Source of the DNA: the human T2T-CHM13v2.0 reference genome, Homo sapiens
Direction: 5' to 3' (one strand)
Length of the DNA stretch: 64,000 bases
NCBI RefSeq assembly: GCF_009914755.1
Contig: NC_060938.1
Shown here in pieces: positions 18,650-37,606 of the stretch. The position numbers and the translations under genes were made by a program. The notes below the pieces were generated by a model. The model had not been told where the DNA came from and made no database searches. It saw only the letters and a program-made list of their open reading frames with translations. Each line of letters opens with the position of its first letter. Within the stretch, counting starts at the first letter, position 1.

Positions 18650-20125
18650 TGATAAGAGTTATCCACATATTCTACTTTCATTTCTTTACCTCCCATGCCC
18701 ACCCCAATCTGGAATTTAACATTTTATCACTTTTATCAGAGTCACCGTTAACCTCCATGTAGCCAAATTAAGAAGTCTTCTTGAACTTAACTTCTGGCCT
18801 TATCTGATTTAGTTTATTGAATTGCTGCTTTGTTTAAAAATTCAATTTATTTAACTTTTGAACTAGTAATTCAAAGTTACATGCTCAATTTACATGCTCA
18901 AAAAGTATAAAAATGAATACAGAGAAAAGTCTCCTATACTATCCACTGAGTTTCTCTCCGTGAGGTAACTATTATTGTTAGTTTCCTTTTCATTCTTCTA
19001 GGAATTCTTTTGCGTATGTAAAGCAAATACAATTACATATTCTTATTCTTTCCCCACTTTTACACAAATGGTATTTATTTCACTTAACACATCTTGCAGA
19101 TTTTTCTATATCATTATATAGTGTCCTCATCCTTTTTAACAGCTTTGTCAAGATATGATTCACATAATATTGAGTTCACAGAGAATGTACCAGCCATATC
19201 ATATGGTAAGTATACAATTCAGCCAGGCACAGTGGCTCATGCCTGTAATCCCAACACTTTGGGAGGCCGAGGCGGGAAGATCCCTTAAGCCCAGGAATTT
19301 GAGACCAGCCTAGGCAACATGGTGAAACCCTGTCTCTACAAAAAGTAGCTGGGTGTGGTGGTGCGTGCCTGTAGTCCCAGCTACTTGGAAGGCTAAGGTG
19401 GGAGGATCGCTTGAGCCCAGGATGTCACTGAAGTGAGCCTGAAGTGAGACATAATCGGGCCACTGTGCTCCAGCCTGGGTGACAGAGTGAGACTCTGTCT
19501 CAAAAAAAAAAAAGACATAATTCAGTGGTTTTTTTGTATATTCACAGAATTGTGCATCTATCAACACTAATTTCTGAACATTTTCATCACCCCAAAAAGA
19601 AATCCCATGCCACACCCAGCCAATGTATCATTTTATACATATGCCAGCAGCAGTACTTCCCAAACTTTAATGTGCACACGGATCAATATAAAATACTATT
19701 AGTCCAGGACCAGGTACGGTGGCTCATGCCTGTACTTTGGGTGGATCACTTGAGGTGGATCACTTGAGGTCAAGAGTTCAAGACCAGCCTGGCCAACATG
19801 GTGAAACCCTGTCTCTACTAAAAATACAAAAATTAGCTGGGCATGGTGGCACATGCCTATGTAATCTCAGCTACTGGGGAGGCTGAGGTAGAAGAATAGC
19901 TTGAACTCAAAGTGGAGGTTGTAGTGAACTGAGATCACGCCACTGTACTCCAGCCTGGGTGACAGAGTGAGACTCCACATAAAAAAAAAAAAAAAAAAAA
20001 AAACTCAGCTGGGCGTGGTGGCTCATGCCTGTAATCCCAGCACTTTGGGAGGCCGAGGCAGGCAGATCACAAGGTCAGGAGATTGAAACCATCCTGGCTA
20101 ACACGGTGAAACCCCCTCTCTACTA

Positions 20126-20362
<237 letters not shown>

Positions 20363-20717
20363 TCAATTGAATATATATTGTTTTATTTTCACTTTAACTT
20401 TTATATTTATTGTTATTTTATTAAAATAAAAGACAGTAATAAAAGGTGAAATGCCATGTTTAATCAGAATTCCTCTCCCTGTGTGGCTGAAATGATGGTA
20501 AGGTCATCCTAATTATTTCTATTTTGTTCAACATGTTTCAAGTAAAGCAAGTGACTGAAAACTTCAGAGTGAATATGAACAAATTCCTAATTTAGTGACT
20601 ATGGAAAGCAAGTAATTGGACTAAGATAAAAGACAAATACACTTAAAGGGCCTCATAAAAAGAATTTCAACATACTTTTTAAAAAGAGTCAACTTTAGAC
20701 TTCTTTTAATAGCCCAC

Positions 20718-20874
20718 CTTAGTTGCTGGGGATTTTCATGGATACCAACCACCCAGTAGTGATCAGATTTTCCTTTGCAGTGCTCTCTTGTATTACATAT
20801 AGGAGTCCACGTATTACCAAGTCCTCTGTTAAGCATTCGAACAATTCCTTCTGAATCCACGTAACAAGGGGTAC
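20718..20874 (-). CDS. WDHD1: WDHD1 exon 16 (SepB): TPCYVDSEGIVRMLNRGLGNTWTPICNTREHCKGKSDHYWVVGIHENPQQL(R)
   Basis: 157 nt; tttag acceptor, AG|gtgggc donor. Confidence 0.95.
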
Positions 20875-21047
20875 CTAAACACCAACAGAAAAATCACTTG
20901 GAGACATAGCTACATGTTGTTAAAGGAACCCTATTTCAAATATATTATACATACCAAGGATTCAACTTTGCTTTCAAAAGCAAAACACAAAACAGAAGCA
21001 AATAATCTAAGATTATTACGTAAAATTTCATTAACCATATAAAGTAA

Positions 21048-21392
<345 letters not shown>

Positions 21393-22434
21393 TAGCCAGG
21401 ATGGTCTCAATCTCCTGACCTTGTGATCCACCCGCCTCAGCCTCCCAAAGTGCTGGGATTACAGGCGTGAGCCACCGCGCCCGGCCGATAATAATTTTAA
21501 AGCCAATTTTAGTAAAAAATTAAACATGAATCAGAAGGCTCCCGCTTGAGAAACATTTAGAAAAATGACCAAAATCTGATACAAAGTGATCTTTACGAAA
21601 TTTATCTTTAGTACTCTTCTTCCTCTCTCTTCTTTTTGTTGGCCTTGTCACTACTCTGTCCCCAACTACTAGGTAAGCAATTCTTACCTCGTAAAACAGG
21701 GAAGCATTCTTGTTTTCCACCTATTCTGCTTCCAACTCAGGAAATCTGTGGCAAATTACCTGATTATCCCTTTTCTTATCTGTGGCTTCACACCCCCCTC
21801 ACTCTGCAAACATTAGTTTCCGCAGGGTCTGGATCTAATTGGTACTTGGGAGAAAAAAATCTATACAAATGGAAGTTATCAATGGTTCATATTATTAAAG
21901 CCTGAATGACTAATAGAAAACACATTTAGAAATGGTTGATATTTTAAAGACAAAGTGGAGTTTCCAGCAATGTAAATGAAGAACATGAATCTCCAAAAAG
22001 AGAAATATTTAAGTCCCCATGAGACAGAGATGACAGGTGATTTAAAATAAGGTACTCCTGGGCCAGGTGCAGTGGCTCACTCCTGTAATCCCAGCACTTT
22101 GAGAGGCTGAGGCAGGTGGATCACCTGATGCCAGGAGTTCAAAACCAGCCTAGCCAACATGACAAAACCCCATCTCTACTAAAAATACAACATTAGCCAG
22201 GCGTGGTGGTATGTGCCTGTAGTCCCAGATACTCCGGAGGCTGAGGTACGAGAATCACTTGAACCCAGAAGACAGAGGTTGTAGTGATCTGAGGTCACAT
22301 CACTGCAGTCCAGCCTGGGTGACAGAGTGAGACTCTGCGTCAAAAAAACCACAAACACAAAAACAAATAAAATAAAATAAGGTACTCCTCAGTGTCTTTC
22401 AAATCATCTGTCATAAGCCTCTAGAATTTGGTCT

Positions 22435-23243
<809 letters not shown>

Positions 23244-23453
23244 GAAAATTCTAAGTTTTCTGTATGATCTGCTGGAAAAGACACAACTTATTATTGATTT
23301 GTATCACCTCCTTGCTATTTAATACTTTCAGAAAAATATATTTCCTTCTTTATAAGTTTTCTAATGAGAATTCTCATGAAGAGAGCTCTTAGCCGGGTGC
23401 AGTGGCTCGCGCCTGTAATCCCAGCACTTTAGGAGGCCAAGGTGGGTGGATCA

Positions 23454-23807
<354 letters not shown>

Positions 23808-23900
23808 TTAATTAGGAATAAAACAATGAAATAATTTTCTTCTTGAAGAATATCTAACACTTTATATTATACTTGTTTTTTTTAAACAAATTTATCTTGC

Positions 23901-24038
23901 CTTCAGCTGAAAACCCAATCCATGCAAGGTAGGATTTCCTTGTAAGAGGAAGAGGGTCACCATGCAAAATTTGTTTTTTCTTTTTCCCCAGCTCTAGCAG
24001 TTGAACTCCAAGGCACTGATCCCCATCAAATCCTGTAC
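23901..24038 (-). CDS. WDHD1: WDHD1 exon 15 (SepB): TGFDGDQCLGVQLLELGKKKKQILHGDPLPLTRKSYLAWIGFSAE(G); ends at a GC donor
   Basis: 138 nt; cattag acceptor; donor AAG|gcaaga is required to join in frame to exon 16 (G|GT = Gly). Confidence 0.92.
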
Positions 24039-24227
24039 CTAATGAGAAAATGTAAATATAAATCAGGCATCAAAGGTTATCCAACTATAACGCAGTCTAA
24101 ATTATTTTCTGTGAATTGATTTTGTGGTAAATTACTAGACTGACTAGCACTACTTTTTATGAATAACCCATCCAACTGAGGCATCATTCAGGTATTAGAA
24201 ACACAGTAAGATGTTACATGGACTCTT

Positions 24228-25970
24228 CACATAAAGTCCTTATAAGTGGGCATTTATTCACTCAAGACATATTTACAGAGAGCTTACTACACGCCAGCAT
24301 TGGCCTAGATACTGGGGCTACAGCAATAAACAAAGTCACCACTCTTATTAAATTCAAATTTCAGGTAGAAGACAAATTAAAAAACACAAAAAGAACAAAA
24401 AAATTATCACAAAGTTAAAATAATGTGATACAGAATGTCAGAGTGGTTTGTTAGACTGGTTAGTCAGAAGTGACCTCTCAGAAAGTAAAGTTTAAGCTGA
24501 GACATGAACTGCAAGCTGGAGCCTGCCATGCAAACATTAGGGGAAGGAACACGGAAGTGGATGGAGGGAACAGCTAATGCAAAGTCCTAAGGTAGGAAGA
24601 ATGGAGGGCTCGAAGAACACAAAGAGGCAGTATGGCCAGAACATGGTAATGAGAAACAACGGTAAGAGATGAGGTTGGAGAGGCAGGCAAAGGTCAGATT
24701 ATACGGGATCAGTAGATCACCTTGACAGCTATCAGAAGTTTGACTTTGATTCTAAAAGTGAAGGAAAGTCAGAGGGATTTGAGAAGAGGAGCATGATCTA
24801 TATTTTTAAAAGATCACCTAGGCTGCTCTGTGGAGAATGGACTGTGGAAGGCAAGAACTGAAGCTAAAAGACTAGTTAGGAGGCTACTATGACAGTCCAA
24901 GAGATGACATCCAGGTTGTATTAGCAGAAGAAATGAAAAGAGACAAATTTAGAATGTGTTATTCCATAGAATTGACATGATGATATAATTTTACTGTTGG
25001 AGTTGATGCAGGGGAAATGGAAAGAGAAGAATCGAGGATAATTTTTAGATTTTTGGCTTCAGCCACTAGATTGTTAGTAAGCCATTTACTAAGATGGGGA
25101 AACTACATAAGAAGCAAGCTTGGAAGGAAAAAAATCAGTTTTTATTGTGAGCAAATTAAGTCTGAAATGTCTGTCCAAACTCTAAATAGATTTCAAGTAG
25201 GCAACTGGATGTGTAAGTCTGGAGACACAAGGAGAGGGTAGGGTTGGTGCTATCAACTTAAAAGTCATAGACACTGAGATGTATTTAAAGCCATGGATTA
25301 TGATAAAATTCCCCAGGGTGGTTTCTCAAACTGCATATTTTGACCTAAGAGTCATGGAATCAATTTTAATTTGCAACTAGCATTTTAAAAAATGAAATAA
25401 AAAAATTTAAACTGATATCAAAAGAGTAAACATTGTCCAGGAGACTTTTATTTCAGTTACATTTGCAGATATTTATAGAACAGTTATATAGAATATATTT
25501 CTTTTCTTCTGTTTTTCTTTTAAAAATAGAAACAGGGGCTTGCTATTGCTATCCAGACTTGTATTGAACTCCTGGGCTAAAGCAACTCTCCCGCCTCGGC
25601 CTCCCAAAGTGCTGAGATTACAGGTGTGAGCCACCACACCACACCACACCATACCTGGTCCAGAATCTATGAATCTATTTCTTACTGTGGCAAAGCAGAC
25701 AAAAAGACTGAAAGACCCTGACCTAGAGAGTAGTAGAGAAAAAGGGGATACACTCCAGCTAAAAGATAGAGCCAACAAAAAAGTAAAAAGGGAGCTGCCA
25801 GTGAGGAAAAATATTGAAAGTATGATGTCACAGAAGTCATGAGAAGAAGGTATTTTCAATGGAATTATTTTTTTAAAAAAGCACAGAGATTATCGGTTAC
25901 CTTGATAAGACCAGTCTTAGCATAGTGACGGGGACTGAAGAAAGACATGAGGGGAGGAAAAAGGAGGCAG
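24228..25970 (-). mobile_element. L2 (L2a-like) relic
   Basis: L2 3' end catttattcactcaagacatatttac...; body gatcaccctggctgct-like. Confidence 0.7.
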
Positions 25971-26323
25971 CAGCTTTTAAAAAGTGTCACATTCAGAGTT
26001 GTTTTGGCCCTTCCTACTAGGAGTTATTTTTGTGGAATTTCAACGCTGAAAGTTCTCTGGTCGTGCTTGCCAAAATGGTAAGATTTAGACATGGAAGTAA
26101 TTAACCAAATTCCACCTTGGAATTCTCTCTATAATATAGTTCTATTAAGAAACATTTTCATTTTCATTGCTGCTAGTGAACACAACAAAATTATCTACAT
26201 TTAAAGATTACACGGATTCAAAAGGAAGTATATAATCCAAGACAAAAAGAGTAACAAAAACAGCAAAAAAGCTCAAGTAATTTCCATTTTACTTCAAGTC
26301 ATAAAAGACTGAAAAAAATCTAC

Positions 26324-26565
26324 CTCTGTGATAAACAATGAAAAGCTGTTCTCCATGTCCTGCCATTGACACCACAGGTCCAGCAAGGCTGAATACCTCT
26401 TTTTGAACCCCTCCAATAGTAAACAATCGAAGAAGCAGGGCACTAGTAGCGGCAGCAGCCCATCCTTGACCGAGACATATGGCTTCAATATCCTCATTCT
26501 GAGGCAAGTCTATTATCCACTCTTTGCTTGAATCCCAAGAACTAAAGTGCAGGCAGTGAAGCTTG
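26324..26565 (-). CDS. WDHD1: WDHD1 exon 14 (SepB): KLHCLHFSSWDSSKEWIIDLPQNEDIEAICLG...QLFIVYHR(G)
   Basis: 242 nt; tttag acceptor, G|gtagat donor. Confidence 0.95.
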
Positions 26566-27455
26566 CTAAAAATTAAAACAAGACAGAAACAATCAAACTT
26601 TCATATGATATTTACATATATATATATATAAGCAATCATGATATTCAACAAAAAAACCAAATAGTTTACTTCCTATTATACACTAGTATAAGAAGTTGCT
26701 TTAAAAAAGTAATTATGAAATACCCTTAAAATGAACTATATTGATATCTTTCCAGCCTTTTTTCTTTGCACATACATATATGTAAGTTATTATTAAATAC
26801 AAATTCTTTTTTTTTGAAATGGAGTTTTGCTCTGTCACCCAGGCTGGAGTACAGTGGTGTGATCTCTGCTCACTGCAACCTCCGCCTCCCAGGTTCAAGC
26901 AATTCTCCTGTCTCTTGCCTCAGCCTCCCGAGTAGCTGGGACTACAGGTGGGTGCCACTGCACCTGGTTAATTTTTGCATTTTTAGTAGAGATGCAGTTT
27001 CACCATGTTGGTCAGGCTGGTCTCAAACTCTTGAGCTCAGGTCATCTGTCCGCCTTGGCCTCCCAAAGTGCCGGGATTACAGGCGTGAGCCACCATGCCC
27101 AGCCTGAAGGATACAAATTTCAAATCACATAGAAGATAGTAAAATCCATGAAGTGTATCAGTACTATAATCAGCTGAAGAAGGGATCAAGAGAGGGCAAT
27201 CTCTTGATTAACAAAAAGCTGAAAAAATATTTTCTTTTCTTTTGAAAAGAAAAACATTCTGCACCCATTGCTTTCCCATCATAATTTTTTTCTTGACATC
27301 TATCTACCTATTTACTTACCTACCTACTTATCAAAACATGTAAACATCCAAAAAATATTAAGTAGAAAAAGCAAACGGGTGACTAGTACATTTTTTGGTT
27401 TGTTTTTCCGTTTTTTTTTCCTTTCTCGAAGAGAGATTTTAAATTTAATCCATCA

Positions 27456-27634
27456 TGACAAAAATGTAGATTAATAGTTGGCCAAGGCTCAGGTTGAATT
27501 AACTGCAAAGGGATATAAGAAAACATTCTTGGGTGATAAAGACGTAGTGACAAAAATCTAGACTAATAGTTGGCCAAGGCTAGGGTTGAACTAACTGCAA
27601 AGGGATATAAGAAAACATTTTCGGGTGATAAAGA
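27456..27634. repeat. Tandem duplication, period 92 bp, in an old L1 3' end
   Basis: tgacaaaaat(g/c)taga...gggtgataaag at 27456 and 27548. Confidence 0.92.
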
Positions 27635-28205
27635 ACATTCTGTATTTTGATTGTGGTAGGGGTTATCTGTGTATATACACCTTTGTCAACTCATCAAATG
27701 GGTGCATTTTATTGTAAATAAATTACATCTCAATAAAGTAAATTAAAATAAGGGAGGTTCAAATAGAAAGAAATCTGGAAGGATACATATCAAATTGTAA
27801 ATAGCAGTTATATCTGAGAGTAGAATTCTGGGAGGAGTTTTCATTTTCCGAAACTTCTATACTGTATACTGGTTTTTTTTCTTTACAATGAATGTATATT
27901 ACTCTTATAATAGTAAAAAAAAAAAAAAGCACTTAACAATGTAAAAAAAAAATCCCATCTCTTGCATTACTAACTATGCCATGTCATTTTGCTATGTAGT
28001 TAGAGCATGTAATGAGGGAATCATTATGGCAAAAACAGACATATGTTCTGAGGTATTTTGGGTGTGCTGGTGTTTGTACCAAACTCTTCTGAAATTTCAT
28101 ATTACAAAAAATAAATTTTGTTTTATTAACTTTTTGTCTTTAATTTCAACAACTGTATCTAACAGTTCAACAGTGCCAAATTCTTCCTAATAATCTTGAG
28201 TTTAC

Positions 28206-28390
28206 CTTGCTAGTTCATCAGTGCTTTCACATGCCAACAAAATAGCTTCGTGGGAAAGATCTGCTATTGTATAATTCAAAGTGTTTGATAAGTGTGTTGC
28301 ATGGTGTATGGAGGTATCATGGAACTCCACATCTATGGCATTGTCTTGCTCATCATTATAGCAGCGAATAATTCCAATAGAGTTCCACAC
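28206..28390 (-). CDS. WDHD1: WDHD1 exon 13 (SepB): VWNSIGIIRCYNDEQDNAIDVEFHD...ACESTDELA(S)
   Basis: 185 nt; tgtag acceptor, AG|gtaaac donor; Ctf4/SepB-type DVEFHD motif. Confidence 0.95.
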
Positions 28391-28831
28391 CTACAAACAG
28401 GTAAGATTAAATATAAGTCTGAGAAAAACTGAAGCTCCTAGAATCAGTAAGCCACAGTAGTACAAATTAACAAATATTATAATTAAATTTGTATTAAGAT
28501 TTAGGTTTTGGGAGTTACTACATCTCATCTATCTCTAAATAGTTTCTGACAGGAGTCATAATACCAGAGCTACAATTACTTATTATTTCCTTGGTGAGAA
28601 TAAGATACATATATACTTATTAATTAGCAAATAGAGTATTTAATAATATTTAAAAATAAATTACATGACTGTTACTTTAAAAGCACATTACAGTTGTCCT
28701 TTGAACAACCAAACCATTAAATTCCTCAAAAGAAATATTTCAAAAATTGAGTTTTCTTACAAATATGGATGCAAATAACAACAGACTTTTTTCCTAACTA
28801 TTCTATGATAAAATAAATACATACATTTTAA

Positions 28832-29183
<352 letters not shown>

Positions 29184-29555
29184 TGATGTCCATTATAGGC
29201 TCACACTAGGCCCTAGAGTTTCTAATAAAATTAGTGCCAATATTTTATTTAACATAACTATAAATAAAATATTGACACTAATAAAAAAATTAAGACCTAT
29301 GACTTGATGACTACTGATAGCAATAAAAAGTTTTATTAATATTAATCACCACCCTTAATCTTTACATAAAAATTTATGCCAGGCCTATACTCTTCAAATT
29401 TATGCCAGGCCTATACTTTTAAAAAGGCAAAATCCTCAGAATGGAAAACATCATATAACCAACACAGAAAAACTAAACTTTTTAAGAACTCAGGCCAGGC
29501 GCGGTGGCTCACGCCTGTAATCCCAGCACTTTGGGAGGCCTAGGCAGGCGGATCA

Positions 29556-29832
<277 letters not shown>

Positions 29833-30389
29833 TCATGAAATATATATTTAATGTGCACTGTATCATACCTTGTTCCAAATCCTAAGAACATATCAGTAAA
29901 CAAAACAAAAATCTTTATCCTCGTGTAGCTTACATTCTGGTGGGTGGTGGAGTGAGGAAAAGGGTCAGACTTTTCCCCCCATAGTACTTGCCACCTTCTA
30001 ATATATTATACTAGTAGTTGCCTTCTAAGAAAGCACCTCCTTACTAGTGTTTTGGAGTCAGTATAATCTTCTATGTAACAATGACCATGAAGAATAAGGT
30101 TTGAAAGTATTGCCAAGAAATATTGCAAGATAGTAATATTTACTTATGTTCATTTAATGTCATTTTGGAAAGCAGAATTTTATTTAACATCATTTTCAAT
30201 AAGGTTGAAACAAGATTAAAACTGTGAGCTAACCATAAAATAAACCAACCACAAAACTGTAATCAACCAAAGTGCTCCAGGCTACTTAATCAAAGTTTTT
30301 AAAAATATGTTTTATCCAAAAAAATTAACTATAGTAAGAAAAAAGTGCTGAAAACCTACTAAGAAGTTAAGTGTAGATCCAAGTCTTAC

Positions 30390-30577
30390 CATGAATCTGT
30401 GAGTGAGATGCAACGGTGTAGAACCTGACTGAAATGGCTTTTGCCGGGGAGTTGGCATGGGTCCATCATAAAATGGCCTTTGGGATGTTACAAGTGGTAG
30501 ATTGTGAATGCTGCCTTCTTGACCATCTTCCTCCTCCTCTTTGAGAAGACTAGAACCAGTTTTTAGCATTGAAATAT
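30390..30577 (-). CDS. WDHD1: WDHD1 exon 12: ISMLKTGSSLLKEEEEDGQEG...QKPFQSGSTPLHLTHRFM (start of SepB region)
   Basis: 188 nt; tgtag acceptor, ATG|gtaaga donor; within ORF 30312..30620. Confidence 0.95.
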
Positions 30578-30684
30578 CTACAACACAAAGGATCATAATT
30601 AAGGGAATCACGAATACCAATGATTTGGAAAAAGGAAAGCATTATGGAATCTAGTAACTTTTTCATTCATATTCAATGACACTG

Positions 30685-33140
<2,456 letters not shown>

Positions 33141-33192
33141 TTCTATAAACTCTATATGACTTTAAAAAGCACAACATAGCACTGCACATTGG

Positions 33193-33382
33193 CATTTTAC
33201 TTGATAATGTTCAAGTGTTATTGTAGCATGTAAGTTGTTACAATAAGCACTCTATTTGAAGATTTTCAATTACAATCTCAATTTCTTCATTTTACTTGAT
33301 AATGTTCAAGTGTTATTGTAGCATGTAAGTTGTTACAATAAGCACTCTATTTGAAGATTTTAAATTACAATCTCAATTTCTT
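33193..33382. repeat. Tandem duplication, 2 x 95 bp, one mismatch
   Basis: cattttacttgataatg...caatctcaatttctt at 33193 and 33288. Confidence 0.95.
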
Positions 33383-33534
33383 TAATAGATACAATACTAT
33401 TCAGGTTATCTATTACTTCTTGAGTTAGCAGTGGTACTTTGTGTCTTTCAGAAAATTCGTCTATTTCATTTAAGTTGTTAAATTTATGGGCACAAAGTTA
33501 TTCATAATATTGCCATTATGCCTTTGATATTAAT

Positions 33535-34052
33535 AGTAGCACTGCCATACAGACATATAATGTGAGTTACAGCTGTAATTTTAAATTTTCTAATATTTCT
33601 AAAGTTTAAAGAGTAAAAAGAAACAGCCATAATCTTAATAATATAGTGCATTTAAAATACATATTATCATTTCAACATGTACTCAATATAAAAAATTTCC
33701 CAAGATTTTTACATTCTTTTTTTCATATTGTCTTCAAAATCTGGTTGCACTCCATGGTGAAACCCCATCTCTACTAAAAATACAAAAATTAGCCAGGCGT
33801 GGTGGCGCATGCCTGTAATCCCAGCTACTCAGGAGGCTGAGGCACAAGAATCACTTGAATCCAGGAGGCGGAGGTTGCAGTGAGCCAAAATCACACCACC
33901 GCACTCCAGCCTGGGTGACAGAGTGAGACTCCGCCTCAAAAAAAAAAAAAAAATCCGGTTGCACTCATAACATATCTCAGTTTGAACTAACCACATTTCA
34001 AGTGCTCAACAGCTACATGTGGCTAGTGGCTACTATATATTGGATAGCACAA
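33535..34052. mobile_element. MER33-like element with a 5'-truncated Alu (33753-33953) inserted, nested within an old L1
   Basis: ccacatttcaagtgctcaacagctacatgtggctagtggctactatattggatagcaca; Alu TSD aaaatc(t/c)ggttgcactc. Confidence 0.65.
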
Positions 34053-34779
34053 ATCTACAGATCTATAGTGATGGCCCACCTCTCTTTCATTCTCTATGTT
34101 AGTAATTTGTGTCTTCTCTTTATTGATCAACCACGATAGATATTTATTAATTTTATTGATCTTTTCTTTTCTTTGGAGATGGAGTCTTGCTCTGTTGCCC
34201 ATGCTGGCATGCAGTTGACGCGATCTCGGCTCACTGCAACCTCCACCTCCTGGGTTCAAGTGAGTTTCCTGCCTCAGTCTCCTGAGTAGCTGGGATTACA
34301 GGCACGTGCCACCACACCCAGCTAATTTTTGTATTTTTGTAGAGACAGGGTTTTACCATGTTGGCCAGGCTGGTCTTGAACTCCTGACCTCAAGTGATCT
34401 GCCCATTTCAGCCTCCCAAAGTGCTGGGATTATAGACGTGAGCCACCGTGCCCGGCCTTATTGATCTTGTCAAAGAACCAGCTTTTGGTCTCATTGACTT
34501 TCTCTATAGGTTTTCTGTTGTCAATTTTATTGAATTTTGCTCTGTATTATTTCCTTCCATTTGCTTGGGGTTTAGTTTTCTCTTTTTCTAGTCTGCCATA
34601 GCAGAAGCTTGGATTATAGATTTGAAACCTTTTTTAACAAAGTCATTTAATGCTATAAAATTTCCTCTAAGCACCACTTAGCTACATTCTACAAATTCAA
34701 TAATGACTTTAATAGTGTTAATAAAAAATCTAAAATATTAATCAACAGGGTAATCACATGCACAAAGTCAAATTCTTAC

Positions 34780-34990
34780 CAACTGAGTTTTCATCATCTT
34801 CTAGGATGTGACTTCGCTGTCTAGGACGACCTGAAGCCATCATGAGGTCTTCATCATCCTCATCATCATTTATAATCCCTTTTGAAAAAGAAGGGATCTC
34901 AACTGCATTGTCATTTAGAAAATCACCAGCATTACTCATATCATCTCCATCAAAAAGATCATTATAATCCTTTTCCACTCTGCTAGATAC
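34780..34990 (-). CDS. WDHD1: WDHD1 exon 11 (acidic linker): VSSRVEKDYNDLFDGDD...HILEDDENSV(D)
   Basis: 211 nt; ttcaag acceptor, G|gtaaga donor; within ORF 34754..34999. Confidence 0.95.
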
Positions 34991-35502
34991 CTTGAACAAA
35001 TTAATACAAATTATAAAGTAAAAGTGAATGATTTAGAAAAACTCAATTACTAAAAAGGTAAACTTTTAATATGCACCTATAAATTCTACCAAGCAGCAAA
35101 CTCACTGAACAGATAAGAATAATTAGTAAATGTATTTATGAGAATTGTATTTATATTTACACAATAAGACCCAGTCCTTATTTCAAATGCCTTGTAGTCT
35201 GGGGATGGGATGGGAGTATAGGGACTGACATGTAAACAAATACTGTATATGCCAAAATATAAAATAAGATTTTATTCCTCAGAAGTCATTCCCTAGAAAA
35301 GAAGTGATATTAATATGATAAAGTCCCTATAAAGTCTGTCATATTGTAAGACAGTCTCTCATTTACTTTTATTTTGAACAAAATACTGCATAAGATACAT
35401 TTTCTTTATATTATCTCAGTTAAAGTTAGTGTTTTGATACTTATAAAAATAAAGTGATAGAACCAATAGAAAAACAAAGAAGGCAAAGAAATTCTACATA
35501 AA

Positions 35503-37606
<2,104 letters not shown>

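Noticed and set aside
29370-29417. Short direct repeats (26-bp period here; also near 18877-18901, 19740-19769, 45612-45645) as a CRISPR-like or regulatory array
   Set aside because: Only two copies each with no spacer structure; ordinary slippage duplications in a mammalian intron.
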